This document shows, one piece after another, positions 1 to 12,289 of a DNA stretch of 64,000 bases; position 1 is the stretch's first letter, and every line of letters begins with the position of its first letter. A model generated the notes under the pieces. It worked only from the letters and a program-made list of their open reading frames with translations, did no database searches and was not told the DNA's origin. The DNA comes from Octopus sinensis (Eukaryota): assembly GCF_006345805.1 (NCBI RefSeq), contig NC_043016.1, positions 19,654,001 through 19,718,000 of the forward strand, in the 5' to 3' direction. The translations under genes were made by a program, and so were the position numbers.

Positions 1-242
1 GGTGCAGGCTATCCACAACAGCCCTATTACATAGTACTCAAGTTTAAATAGATACTGAAAGAAGCCTACCATATATGTGTGTGTATGTGTGCATGAGTGT
101 GTTCATGTCTTTTTTTCTTGACACTGTGAACAAACATTAGCACCATAAAAGCAAGACATCCTACAGTATGTGAAAATATATCTGGCAAATTATACTGTTC
201 ATTTTGAAGGACTATGGGTAATATTGCCTTACTTTGAAACAG

Positions 243-342
243 GTGAAGTTGGTGACAAGAAAGGAGGTGCAAGCCTGAGTGAAGGGACAGTCGGTGCAAT
301 AACCTTATGCACAGGCATTGCTGACATTTTGTGTGGCCAATG
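243..342 (+). CDS. Candidate internal coding exon (phase 1 to 2), GEVGDKKGGASLSEGTVGAITLCTGIADILCGQ
   Basis: ttactttgaaacAG acceptor, TG|GTCAGT donor, open frame, GC higher than flanks. No homology recognised. Confidence 0.3.
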
Positions 343-392
343 GTCAGTGATGGTTTTCCTTGACATATGAGGACAGCAATCATGTATGCATT

Positions 393-628
393 GTTTTTTT
401 CTTTATTGCCCACAAGGGGCTAAACATAGAGGGGACAAACAAGGACAGAGAAAGGGATTAAGTCGATTACATCGACCCCAGTGTGAAACTGGTACTTTAT
501 TTATCAACCCTGAAAGGATGAAAGGCAAAATCAACCTTGGCGGAATTTGAACTCGGAATGTAATGACAGACGAAATACCGCTAAGCATTTCGCCCGGCAC
601 ACTAACGTGTCTGCCAGCTCGTCACCTT
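393..628 (-). mobile_element. tRNA-derived SINE, family A (Meta/V-like central domain)
   Basis: Matches the ~230-bp repeat seen at least 10 times in the window. A-box TGGCAGA and B-box GAGTTCAAATTCC on minus strand. 12-bp TSD CATGTATGCATT at 381-392 and 629-640. Confidence 0.9.
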
Positions 629-1120
629 CATGTATGCATTTTTATATGCACACATGCACATACACACCTTTATATGTAGAGTGAATAATAGTGTAGCCAA
701 ATGGTCAAGGAGTTGCTTTTTCAATCAAAAACTTAATGTTCAGTTCTGCCTCATTGCATGTAGCCTTTTACTGTAGCCTCAGGTTGATAATTGTCTTGTT
801 AGGACACTGTATTGGAGCATGTCAGATTGTTCCATAATTCTGAAATCCAGTTTTGTTCACACTGTCACACACTAATTTTCCCTGAGAATTATGTTAAGAG
901 AATATTTCTAGCGGGATATTCACCCATTTACTTGCTAATTTAATGAACATACTTAATTGTATCCATCATCATTGTTTACATGTCCACTTTTCCATGCATG
1001 CATATGTTGGGCAGAGTTTTTATTGAGGTGGATTTTCTAACTCCGGATGTCCTTTCTGTTACCAACCCTCACCTATTTTGAATCAAAGTAATATTTTTCT
1101 ATGACTATATATTTTAGATG

Positions 1121-1349
1121 GAGGTGGCAAGCTGGCAGAGACGCTAGCGTGCCGGGCGAAATGCCTAGTGGTATTTCGTCTGCCATTATGTTCTGAGTTC
1201 AAATTCCGCCGAGGTCGACTTTCCTTTTCACCCTTTTGGGGTCGATAAATAAAGTACCAGTTACGCACTGGGGTCGATATAATCGACTTAATCCCTTTGT
1301 CTGTCTTTGTACCCTCTATGTTTAGCCCCTTGTGGGCAATAAAGAAATA
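1121..1349 (+). mobile_element. tRNA-derived SINE, family A
   Basis: GCTGGCAGAG...GAGTTCAAATTCCGCCGAGGTCGAC...GGGGTCGATAAATAAAGTACCAG...AAAGAAATA. Confidence 0.9.
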
Positions 1350-2119
1350 TATATATTTTAACAGAAGATGAATGAAGGACACTGCTTGCATGATGGTAAC
1401 ATTTGTTTATAACTATGACACAATGTCAAGGCAAGGAGACAGTTACATGCACAAATAGATATACACACATACACACAACAAGCTTCTTTCAATTTCCATC
1501 TACCAAATTCTCTCAAGGCCTCAGTCGGCCTGGAACTATGACAGTAGACATTTGCCCAAGGTACCACACAGGTAAAAGATCATGGGTAGAAATTCTGCCC
1601 AAGTTTCATTTCTTTATTGTGTAAGTAACACGAAAAATATTTTAACTACAGGTAATGTGATCAACTTAAAATCCACAAATATAAAGATTGACCCACCAGG
1701 TGGAAATCTGGATAGATGCTGAATCTGGTTATTGAACCAGTAAGATAAGCAGTTATATAAACAACCCAGTAAGTTCATTGATATGTAAAAACCACATTCC
1801 TGAGTATAAAGATAAAAGAGTAAACCTATCAGAAACCTTTGATAATAATACCAATGTATTAAAGGTAAAAGTGCATATGTGGAAAATAGGAACACTGCAA
1901 TTAATTAGATTTAATGCAGTGACTGGCTCTAGACCAGTACTCCATAACCATTTTTTTTATTTGGTGGCACACCTGAACTAAAAATATAACTCCAGGTATA
2001 GAGAAAAAAAATTATATTTAGGTTACATTGCAACATACCAAGCATTTGTGTCGTGACACACAAGTGTGCCATGACATACCAGCTATGGTGCACTGATGTA
2101 CACTTATAACAAAACAGGA

Positions 2120-2157
<38 letters not shown>

Positions 2158-2445
2158 AAATTATTTACCAGCTTTTAGTTTAGCTTTTAATGAATTATAA
2201 CAGTTTATTTATAGATTTCAACACAAACTTCAACTATTTAAAAATTGACTTTTATTCTGATATGACATATAACTTATATCTCAGTAGGACTTCATTAAGA
2301 TAAGTGTCAACAATCAGTGACAAAAGGAAGTAGTTTTTATCTAATTTGTGCAATCTGTTGACGTATATCAGCTCTGATCTTGTTTCAGTAATGCTTAATT
2401 AAGATCAATCTGCTTTTATGATTTATATAAGTGGTCAGCTTTCAG

Positions 2446-2568
2446 TTATTTTATTAAGATTGATACTTATGACAAGTTAGTAGACAAAGAAAATAGAACC
2501 ATTTATTATATTGTCTCAAATGGCTTAAATTCTCTCTGTGTAATGTTTGTTATTTGGAATATATTTAC
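2446..2568 (+). CDS. Weak candidate exon (phase 2 to 2), YFIKIDTYDKLVDKENRTIYYIVSNGLNSLCVMFVIWNIF
   Basis: ctttcAG acceptor, AC|GTGAGT donor, open frame phase-compatible with 243-342. Could be chance in AT-rich DNA. Confidence 0.2.
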
Positions 2569-3026
2569 GTGAGTTCAAGTTTATCATGAGTTGCTTTGTT
2601 GTTTAGTCTCTGCTCTACCCTGATTAAGCAAACTGGTGATTAAAGGTATTCCAACCATGACCATCCCATTCTTTTAGAGTGCTTAGGTTTACATTGTTTA
2701 ATCTTTTCTTTCTTTACTGAAATCAGTAGTGGGCATCTGCATGACATTCTGTTATAAATAGCAGCCAAAACATCCTCATATCTTGCCCTACTTTCTTAAA
2801 AAAAAAAAAAGGTGGGAGGAAGACGCATTGGATAATAAAATTCTACCAGAAAGACTATAAAGGTGGGATGGTCACAGTTTGAATGACATTGATCATAGGT
2901 CTGATCAGCTGAGATATATCTGTGGACTAAACTACAACAAACTGCTTAAGATAGATCAAGAGTTACCACATTTACTCAAATTTAGATTTTAACAAATGTG
3001 ACTTTATTATTTTTCTTTATCTAAAA

Positions 3027-3662
3027 CTAGCAGTATCGCCCGGCGTTGCTCGGGTTTGTAAGGGAAATAACTATATAAGCATTTTTAGAGAGTTATAGCC
3101 AAAAAATAGCAAAAAATGCATTAAAAATGGAAAAAATATGATGGTAAATTTTTTTTAAAATCGTTGACTCATCGTAGACATTTTTAGAGAGTTACTTCCC
3201 TTATATAATAGCGAAAAATGCATTAAAATGGAAAAAAAACGATGGTAAATTTTTTTTTAAATCGTAGACTCATGTAGACGCTTTCTTAGCCATTTCTGTT
3301 TTGGTGTCTTCAAGCCATGAAGTCGTTGTTCTAAAAGAACACTGGTCTCTTTGACAACACATTACGACGTTGATTTCCTTACACTCCCTTCCCCACAGGT
3401 GCAGGTGTGAGCGTGGACGCCAACTCCGCCGCCATCGACACACGAAAAATTATGCATTAAAATGGAATAAAAAATGATGTTAAATTATTTTTAAAATCGT
3501 AGACTCATCGTAGACGCGCGCTAATATTCAGACGGGCTCGATATGAATCATGACTATAAGCTACCCGAATTTGGTTAAACTGCACCGCAAAATGTGGGAG
3601 TAGTTAGGAATCTAAATCGAAGGGGACAGACACTCACACAACTACAGTTTTATATATATAGA
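3027..3662 (-). mobile_element. Complete non-autonomous Helitron
   Basis: Minus strand starts A|TCTATATATATAAAAC and ends with hairpin CCCGAGCAACGCCGGG, 8 nt, then CTAG|T. Inserted in an AT dinucleotide with no TSD. Contains three ~100-bp internal subrepeats. Confidence 0.9.
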
Positions 3663-3704
3663 TATACATAGCGCAGTAGTGGTGAGATGTGACAGCAAAG
3701 AAAA

Positions 3705-4050
3705 GCATACATTCACTCTCTGCATGCAATTAGACTCGGAAAGTTCGTGAGGAACCCATTGACCCAATTTGCTGACTTTTCCGATAGCACACAGGTCTCA
3801 ATGAATGGTTGAATGACCAAATCCAAGCTTCTCTGCTAGTTCCTCAACAGTTACGATGAGATTTTGTTCCACCAGGGTTTTCAGGATGTCCTTGTCGAGT
3901 TCTACAGATCTTTCAGGATGAGGCTCGTCTTCTAGGCTGTAGTTTATGGCTCGGGATTTTTGGAACCACCATTGACACTGCCTTACGCTTATTGTCCAAT
4001 CCCCATATACTGCATTAATATTTCTTGTACTTTGCACACATTATATTCTG
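3705..4050 (-). mobile_element. Mariner transposase remnant (N-terminal HTH region plus WVPHEL linker)
   Basis: Minus frame ...RQCQWWFQKSR...LEDEPHPERSVELD...TVEELAEKLGFGHSTIH*DLCAIGKVSKLGQWVPHELSE. WVPHEL is the diagnostic mariner motif. In-frame stop present. Confidence 0.9.
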
Positions 4051-4291
4051 TTATTCTTTTATATGTTTCAGCCTTGAGGTTGTGGCCATGCTGGATCATG
4101 TGTGTGTGTGTGTGTCTATCTGTCTGTCTGTCTGTATGTATATATGTATATGTATGTGTGTGAACAATAATATTTTCAACAGATGTGTTGCAAATGTATC
4201 TGATTGTTCTCAAGCTTCAATACTGTGTGTGTGTGTATGTGTGTGTGTGTATGTATGTATGTATATGTATGTATGTATGTGTATGTATGTA

Positions 4292-4324
<33 letters not shown>

Positions 4325-4347
4325 ATGAGTGTATGTTTACTTTAATA

Positions 4348-4810
4348 CTAACACAAGCCACTACGGTTATTTAATGTAAAGTCTTCGTCAAATCACTCTC
4401 TCTCTCGCTATTTACTCTCTTCCAAGAACATTTTCACTCACTCTTAGCTCTTAGCTTCCCATACATTTTACTCATGTATCTATCAGCGTCATAGACAGAA
4501 TACTTTCAGTTTAGTCTTCCTCAAATCACTCTGTCGCTATTTACTTTCATTTTATTCGTTGCCCACTGTGTGTGTGCGTTTGCGTGTGGTGTAAACCAGA
4601 CTAAGAAAAGATTTGACACACACACCAGAATGTGAGTTTTCTGTAAATTTTGCTTAATTGGAGTTTAAATTTTAAAAACTGGACCTGGCATGACGCGATG
4701 CATTGTACTCTCAAAAATGCTAGGTAAATTGTAATTGAAGAAATCCTATATTGTAGATTTGTATAACTCCCAAAGGGAGGCAGATAAAATCTGCCTTTTA
4801 TAATAAGAGA
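4348..4810 (-). mobile_element. Degenerate non-autonomous Helitron-like element
   Basis: 5' end A|TCTCTTATTATAAAAGGC on minus strand, 3' end TTAG|T (CTAG variant). Internal perfect hairpin GGCAGAT-AAA-ATCTGCC. Confidence 0.5.
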
Positions 4811-4968
4811 TTCATTAAATATCTTTTATCCCTTTTTTTCTTTTATTTGCCCCAAAATTATTATCCTGGAACTAAATTTCTTACATTACACACAAGTTGA
4901 TACAGTAATATGCCTGTCTTGAGGCTTGCTTTATTTCCCTTTGGATTTTCAACTGAAGTCCTGCTTAA

Positions 4969-5189
4969 CCCTTTCGTTACCAACCCGGCTGAAACCGGCT
5001 CTGGCTCTGTAGTACAAATGTCTTGTTTTCATAAGTTTTGAATTAAAATCTCCCACCAAACCTTAGTCACAATTTATGTTCCTAACACTAGCTTAATGAT
5101 AACTAAGTTATTTTACTAAATTCTTTGTTATATTTAAAATAATTGAGAGAAACACAAAGCATCTCAAAATAAATGCAGTAATGAAAGGG
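4969..5189. mobile_element. piggyBac-type MITE, family 1
   Basis: TTAA TSD on both sides, TIR CCCTTTCGTTAC / GTAATGAAAGGG. Near-identical copy at 18700-18919. Confidence 0.85.
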
Positions 5190-5299
5190 TTAAGTTCACC
5201 TTGTCAACACTGGGATTGATAAATAACATTAAGTTTTTGTTTGTACAGGCATCGCCCACTTTACAGACAGCATTGCATTCATGAAAAGCTTAATTTTAA

Positions 5300-5487
5300 C
5301 CCTTTAGCATTCAGCTTACTCTAGCAGTTCACATTATTTTCAGTTAATCTTGTAACTTTGAGATTTGTAACTTTGATGGAATGATTGTTTAGTGTATGGT
5401 AGATATGTGAGGGGCCAGATTTGGGTGCATTCAACACAAAACAGGTAAATATTTAAACTGGGTACAACCAGTTTAAATGGAAAAGGG
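5300..5487. mobile_element. piggyBac-type MITE, family 2 (internally deleted)
   Basis: TTAA|CCCTTTAGCATTCAG left end, AAAAGGG right end. Related copies at ~6559, ~27850, 30285 and ~34392. Confidence 0.6.
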
Positions 5488-5783
5488 TTGATATGGAGTT
5501 CTGTAGTGCAAGATGTGTGTAACTTAGAAGTTAATAGGGAAAATAAAAGTTTTGTATTACAAAATTCCACAGTTTAGCAAGGCAACATCTGCAGTATATT
5601 TGGCCATTACAGGTGCCTCTGTCCAAAGAAGAAGAATTTTTTTTCTACATTGCCTTGTGATTATGCTAATAATATATTGAATTCTTTTGACTTGGACTAT
5701 CAGTTTTCATCATCGTCATCAGCATCATCACCACCATCTACAACAACAACACAACCACCACTACTAGTAACAATAGCAATTTT

Positions 5784-6202
5784 TGGATTTTTTCGGTTTG
5801 AACGGCAATTTTTAACATAATTTCTAGGTAACTAAAAAATTTTAAACTTCGTATACTGGTAGAATGTGTTTATAAAACATCTTTTTCTCTTGGCTTTATT
5901 GAGAAAATTCTATACTTTGTAAGATATTTGTTGTTTTTTTTCTTCAATTTCTGCAATTTCAACCAATCACTGACGTCTATTGAGGTGAAAACATTCTGTG
6001 CCGTATGAATATGTCCTTCGTTTAAGAAACAGATTGGGTTTATTTACATTTGTGAAGAAAAAAAGATACCCTTCCTCCCACCTCTAACCCTAACCCTAAA
6101 ACAGATTGAAATGCAATAGATCGATACTAGGGTCATAATTATGGGTGACAATTTCATATGACACCGCTAGAAAAAAACTTCCATTCAAACCGAAAAGATC
6201 CC
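5784..6202. mobile_element. MITE with ~29-bp TIRs and apparent 6-bp TSD AATTTT
   Basis: Left TGGATTTTTTCGGTTTGAACGGCAATTTTT versus reverse complement of right end GGGATCTTTTCGGTTTGAATGGAAGTTTTT. AATTTT at 5778-5783 and 6203-6208. Confidence 0.75.
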
Positions 6203-6558
6203 AATTTTCTATTAACATCAATTACTCCATGCTGCCTTGTGCTAAAATATAGCAGCTTGTCTTATACCTTGTATTAGTGATTTCATGTGGGGGTCAGTTT
6301 TTCTGACGTGTGTCGACCTGTGTCAACTCATTACATGATGTATAATTCTTGGTTTACAACTAATCTGTGTATCGTTACCTCCCACATTCCTCCAACTCTG
6401 TGTTTTATACATCTCCTGAATATAGACAACATATTTATTTCTCTTGCATAGACAGTGATAATGCTGTTTCGTTAAGTAGTTTGTTTGGTAGCCACATGGC
6501 TACCCTACTGTGTTGGGCTTTGAACATGTGTTTTCTACTTAAGTCTTGGGTTGATAAA

Positions 6559-6783
6559 CGTTTTAGCTTTCAGATTACTCTATCCACATGTAAAGCTTAT
6601 TTATTCACATTGTTTTGAATTAATCATGCATTATTCTAGTTGCATTGGGATTTCAGTGATGCAGATTTTTTTAATTTTTAGAATGACATTGTAGGGTAGG
6701 TACAAGGAGCCAGATGAGGCCAGTTTGAACATAAAAGAGGTGAAGTATTTATGTTGGTTATGGCCAATTTAAATGCTAAAGGG
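6559..6783. mobile_element. piggyBac-type MITE, family 2
   Basis: Shared internal sequence with 30285-30491. Ends AAATGCTAAAGGG|TTA. Confidence 0.65.
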
Positions 6784-6975
6784 TTATTGAGTAGAGTTTG
6801 ATAGACAGATGTGTGTGTATGTGTGTCTATCTTTTGTCATTTAGTGAGGCAAGAAGGTAGTACTCGTGAACCTTTGTGGGGCCACTAAAACTATTAGGTG
6901 TGGTGAAGGAAGGAAAATATCCTCAAACTAATGATTTGGTTCAAATGTATGCATATATATATATATATATATATA

Positions 6976-7372
6976 GGCGTAGGATTGGCTGTGTGCTAAG
7001 TAGCTTGCTTACAAACCACATGGTTCTGGGTTCAGTCCCACTGCGTGGAACCTTGGGCAAGTGTCTCCTACTATAGCCTCGGGCCGACCAAAGACTTGTG
7101 AGTGGATTTGGTAGATGGAAACGGAAAGAAGCCTGTCATATATATGTATATATATATATATATCTATGTTTGTGTGTCTGTGTTTGTCCCCACCAACATT
7201 GCTTGACAACCGATGCTGGTGTGTTTGCATTCCCGTAACTTAGGGGTTCGGCAAAAGAGACTGATAGAATAAGTACTAGGCTTCCAAAGAATAAATCCTG
7301 GGGTCGATTTCCTCGACTGAAGGCGGTGCTCCAACATGGCCACAGTCAAATGACTGAAACAACTAAAAGAGA
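6976..7372 (+). mobile_element. tRNA-derived CORE-like SINE, family B (resembles octopus OR-type SINEs)
   Basis: GGCGTAGGATTGGCTGTGTGCTAAG head, GGGTTCAGTCCC B-box, CCTTGGGCAAGTGTCT CORE-like block, internal (AT)n/(GT)n, tail GGTGCTCCAACATGGCC...TGACTGAAACAACTAAAAGA. Confidence 0.85.
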
Positions 7373-7431
7373 ATATATATGTATGTATGTATATATATAT
7401 CATTATCGTTGATGTATGTATATGTAAATAT

Positions 7432-7620
7432 GACTGTGAATCGTTGGCGATTTTCTTTCTCCATCTTCCCTTCCTTGGACCTTTCCTTTTCCTTTGTTTC
7501 TAACGAAGAGTTCTGCTCAAAATGTTAAATCCTCCTTCTTTCTTTCCTTAGTGTCCAATAACACTATACTTGTTCCATGTCCTCGTGTTGTGTTTTCTCT
7601 TTGTTCGTGTTTGGATTAAC
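7432..7620 (+). mobile_element. Penelope-like tail fragment with degenerate minimal hammerhead motif at 7496-7530
   Basis: GTTT-CTAACGA-A-GAGT-TCT-GCTC-AAAA-TG-TT-AAAT, i.e. the CUGACGA/stem II/GAAA-CG-UH layout with transition mutations. Confidence 0.55.
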
Positions 7621-7652
7621 TATATATATGTATATATATGTGTGTGTGTATA

Positions 7653-7711
<59 letters not shown>

Positions 7712-8087
7712 ATATATGTATGTATATATATATATATGTATGTATGTATGTATACTTCATTAAAAAGCAGCAAAAACATCACAAAAACTGTTGCTCAGAG
7801 TTCCCATTCCTGTTCGTTGGACAGTTTTGTTTAGAATAGAACAAAAATAAGGTTATAAGTAAGCACATACAATTAGTTTAATGGATATACATTTGGAAAT
7901 TGGTCCTTTCAACAAACGGTCTTTATAATAACCGGTTGCATGCAATGAACAGAATTTGGCATAAAATCATCTTATCATAAAATTGAAGAAAGTTGTATGT
8001 ATATATGACTACTTTGCATTCTGGAATAGGTTGGTTGGATCATTTTGGATGTCCTTGATGGTTTGTATTTTGATTGTATGTTTAGTA

Positions 8088-8300
8088 AGAGCTGGCAGAA
8101 ACGTTAGCATGCCGGGCAAAATGCTTAGTGGTATTTCGTCTGCTGCTACGTCCTGAGTTCAAATTCCGCCGAGGTCGACTTTGCCTTTCATCCTTTCAGG
8201 GGCGATTAAATAAGTACCAGTTACACACTGGGGTCGTTATAATCGACTTGATCCGTTTGTCCCCTCTGTGTGTAGCTCCTTGTAGACAGTAAAGAAATAA
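8088..8300 (+). mobile_element. tRNA-derived SINE, family A
   Basis: Same head, body and AAAGAAATA end as 1121-1349. Confidence 0.9.
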
Positions 8301-9437
8301 GATGCCATTCTTGAAACCAAGAACTATACAGCGTCTTTTGCAAAATTATACACAAGTAAATGCATGTGCACACAGGTACACAGATTTATGCGGATATTTA
8401 CACGCAAATGCATACACACATGCACACGCAAACACACACACACAACCATATTTGTAAGTTATTTGAATGATCACATGAGAGAGAAACTCAGAGTAGTTAC
8501 TGAGTGAATCATCCGTTTGATATGAAACTAGTTATGAAATCAGTCAAAATCATAAAAAGAATGTGAATGCTATGATAAGTCTTTTTCTTAATTGAACTAT
8601 TCCCAGATTTTCCCTTGTTCCCTCTCTCAAATTAGAGTTATACAGACAAGACTGGATTCATTTTTCTACATTCACAGCAATATATCAGCATAAGTCTTGT
8701 ATATTCCTCTTTTCAAACTAAGAGGTAAAGCTTTTTTTTTTGTTAAGCATTCTTTATCAGTTCACCTGTATACTTTTATTTCCCATTCTTCTCTAATCCA
8801 GTTCATCTCTACAATACCACCGGCTCCTCCACCACCAACAAGTATTGATTATGTCACCTATGTAACAGAACTTCTGTCCTAATTCCAGTGAACAATCCAT
8901 GCAAAACATAGTCTTTAGCTCATATTTGTTCTAGTGTATCTGGTTCGTTTTAAAGTCCTGGTTCCCATAGTGACTGTTTGCACTGACTACACAGTATTGA
9001 ATTACTGCCTAATCACTTGCTGCATACCGAGCAATGCCAATTAATTGACACTATTTGGATTTTGTGGACCCTGCTTAATGTGTTTTTTTTTTACCTTGAC
9101 AGTGTCACTTCAAAATGTTTTCTCTTAAGCCCACACATACCTCCACACTTTTAACTTCTGCTGTTTTCATTTATTTATTTACTTTGACAGTTTATGTAGT
9201 GAGAAATAGGTCATTAGCATAGGTAGGTTCTTAAGGACATTGTCTTCACTACCTGTATGTTTACCTAAGGACTAAGATCAAATGAAAAGCTTTGAGATCA
9301 CTTAAGTCCTCTACAGGGCACAACCTTACCTCCATTCGGTTCATTATCTAATCTAATCACCTTTCACACTTCATCATCTCACCATTGACTACAAAAGTGC
9401 ATGCAAGTTTGTTTTCTTCTTTTTTTTTTTATCATAG

Positions 9438-9480
9438 AAGCCTTTTATAAGTTGGCAAATGTAACATCAGAGCCAAAATG
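9438..9480 (+). CDS. Candidate 43-nt coding exon (phase 1 to 2), (E)AFYKLANVTSEPK(W)
   Basis: Strong poly-T acceptor ttttttttttatcatAG, TG|GTATCA donor (weak). Phase-compatible with 20650-20695. Confidence 0.35.
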
Positions 9481-9881
9481 GTATCATATCTGGTTGCATT
9501 GAAGAGAAATTTCAATTCTAATCTGCATTCTTGTCAACCATAGACTTCATTACCTCCATAAATTACCTTAAAAACATCTCAGAAAACATTTACATGTTAG
9601 AAGTTACTATTTCAAAATGAAGGAGACGGGATATTGAGTAAATGATGATTGGGAGCAGGTGGAAGGAAAGAAACAGGCATAAATTTTCTTACATTTGGTT
9701 TACTGTTGTAGTTTCAATATAAATTGCGTGGCAGAAGGATAAGTCCCATCTAGGAGGGTTTTAGTTGAACAAACTGACCCTAATACTTATTTTTACTCTA
9801 AGTCTGTTACTTATTTTATTAGTCTCTTTGCTGAACTGCTAAGTTACTGAAACATAAACTAATACCAATTCTCAATCATTG

Positions 9882-10782
9882 GGGGTAGCTGCTAGAATAA
9901 GAATAGCCGGGGCAAAGCTCAGAGAGCTCCTACTTCTGTTGGTAACAAAGGGCCTCTCACACAAAGTGAATGGTAGACTGTAAGATGCATGTGTGCGAAC
10001 TGCCATGCTACATGGCAGTGAAACATGGGCTGTGACTGCTGAAGACATGTATAATGTCAGTGTGCATAAATGACAGTGTAAGTGCCCTGAGAGAAAAGTT
10101 GGACCTAAGAAGCATCAGATGTGTTGTGCAAGAGAGATGACTGTGCTGGTATGGTCATGTGGTGAGAATGGATGAGGATAACTGTGTGAAGAAGTGTGAC
10201 ACCCTAACAGTGGAGGGAACCTGTGGAAGAGGTAGACTTAGAAAGACATAGGATGGGGTGGTGAATCACAACCTTCAAACATTGGGCCTTACAGAGACAA
10301 TGACAAGCAAACGAGACTTTTGGAGATACACTGTGCTTGAGAAGACCTGACAAGCCAAGTGAGATTGTAGCCGTGGCTGATGTCAGTGTTGCATAACCAG
10401 CCCATTTAAAAGTACCCTTCAATCAAAAAGCAATATACTGTGCTTGAGAAGACCTGTTGAGTCAAGTGAAATTGTAGCCGTGGCTGATGCCAGTGGCACG
10501 TAAAAAGCACCACTCAAATGTGGTTGATGCCAGTGCTGCCTGACTGACACCCGTGCTGGTGGCATGTAAAAAGCACCATTCGAGCATGGTCAATGCTAGT
10601 GCCAGTGGCACATAAAAAGCACCCACTATCCTCTTGAAGTGATTGGTGTTAGGAAGGGCAGCCAGCTGTAGGAACCTTGCCAGAGCAGATTGGAACCTGA
10701 TGCAACCTCCTGCTTTGCCAGTCCTCAGTCAAACTGTTCAACCCATGCAGGCATGGAAAGTGGACATTAAATGATGATAGTG
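9882..10782 (+). mobile_element. 5'-truncated, degenerate RTE-clade LINE 3' end
   Basis: Degenerate frame ...ACVRTAMLHGSETWAVTAEDM...GRGRLRKT... typical of the RTE ORF C-terminus. Tail AACCCATGCAGGCATGGAAAGTGGACATTAAATGATGA. Confidence 0.85.
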
Positions 10783-11274
10783 ATGTATAAATATATTGTG
10801 TGTGTGTGTATTTATATATATATATACATAAACATACATGCACAATGGACTTCTTTCAGTTTCTGTTTAGCAAATCCATTCACAATGTTTTGGTCAGCCC
10901 AGAGACATTTTCCCAAGGTGCCTTGCAATGGGACTGAATTGTGCGAGGAACTTGATAAATTATAGTTTGATTGATTGTTCATGGGTACATGCATTGGCTG
11001 TGCAGTTAAAAAATTTGCAACACAACAACCACAAGTTTGTGGATTTGATCTCCATACATGACACCTTTGGCAAGTATCTTATAATATAACTTTGAATTGA
11101 CCGATACTTTGTTAATGAGACTTTAATGGAGGAGATTGTAAGGAAGCCTGGTGTGGGTGTGGGTGTGTTATCAGCCTTGCATTGGAACCAATACAATTGA
11201 ACAGAAATGCCCTACAATATGAATGATCAATTGAATTATTTCCCCTGCTGTCACAACCCCCGTTTTGCTATTGT

Positions 11275-11364
11275 AGAACAATGAAATCTGTAACAAAGAA
11301 CCCTTTTAAAACAATGAAATCTGTAACAAAGCACCCTTTTAGAACAATGAAATAGGTAACAAAG
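11275..11364. repeat. 33-bp tandem repeat, ~2.7 copies, inside a SINE body
   Basis: Unit AGAACAATGAAATCTGTAACAAAGAACCCTTTT at 11275, 11308 and 11341. Confidence 0.85.
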
Positions 11365-12289
11365 TACTGCTGTCAATATAATCAGCTAAAACCCATCAAG
11401 GTGCTACTCCGCCATACCTGCAGTCCAGCGACTGAAACAAGCAACAAAATAACAAGTATGGTTTAAATTTAGCAGGTAATTGTTTACCTATTAGCTTTTT
11501 ATCTGTCTATCTTATTTCATCATTAATTTAACTTTAGATCCAGGTCATGTTACTCATAATTGTATTCTTGTAGACCAGGCAGAGGCAACTTGCAACATTT
11601 GATCTGCACGTGGAATTTTATGACATTTGGAATGTAACATCATAATTTTTGACTAAAATTTTTGTAACATAATCGTTATATCTGATTTAATATATTTTTA
11701 CAAATTACTTAGTCTGATCTAAGATATACTTAGCACTATGCACAGTATTTACAGGATTTTTATTTTGGTGGAAAAGCCCAAATTATGATAATCAGTGTCT
11801 CATAAAGCTTGCTGGTCTAGAAATTGAAGTTGCCTTGTCTATCATTAACTTAGGTTACACAATTATATCTCATTTGTTCATTCCATAACGAATAATGTTG
11901 TTAACACGAGTAGTTTCTTAAATGCTCATTAAACTCACCGTAATTACTTTCATAAATAAGTGACTTCTCTTTTTAATCACAAAAAGGAGCACCACGTGTG
12001 ACATAACCACAAAACGTTGTTCTAAGCATGAAATCAACAGTGTGCATGCATGTGTACACACATACACACACACACACACACACACGCACGCAGCAAATAA
12101 TCATTTCTTAGGAGCTGGTCATATACTGGGTCTGGATGAATATCATCATTGTAAACAGATAGATGTTGATGATGTCACACATGGAAACAAACTTCTGCTT
12201 AAGCAGAATTAGACCCTGCAACAAAACAAATGTATCTATGATCATATCCATGCTACATTGGTCATATCTCTAACTTTTTGTCTGTATAT

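Noticed and set aside
1700-1863. Exon with an in-frame TGA (possible selenocysteine)
   Set aside because: Weak acceptors, no recognisable selenoprotein motif and no SECIS seen.
5613-5760. Possible Ser/Thr-rich exon after cattacAG
   Set aside because: An 8-T run leads to TGA shortly downstream in that frame, and the rest is (CAT/CAA)n microsatellite.
6084-6099. Interstitial telomeric repeat (TAACCC)n
   Set aside because: Only ~2.5 units, and it lies inside a MITE.
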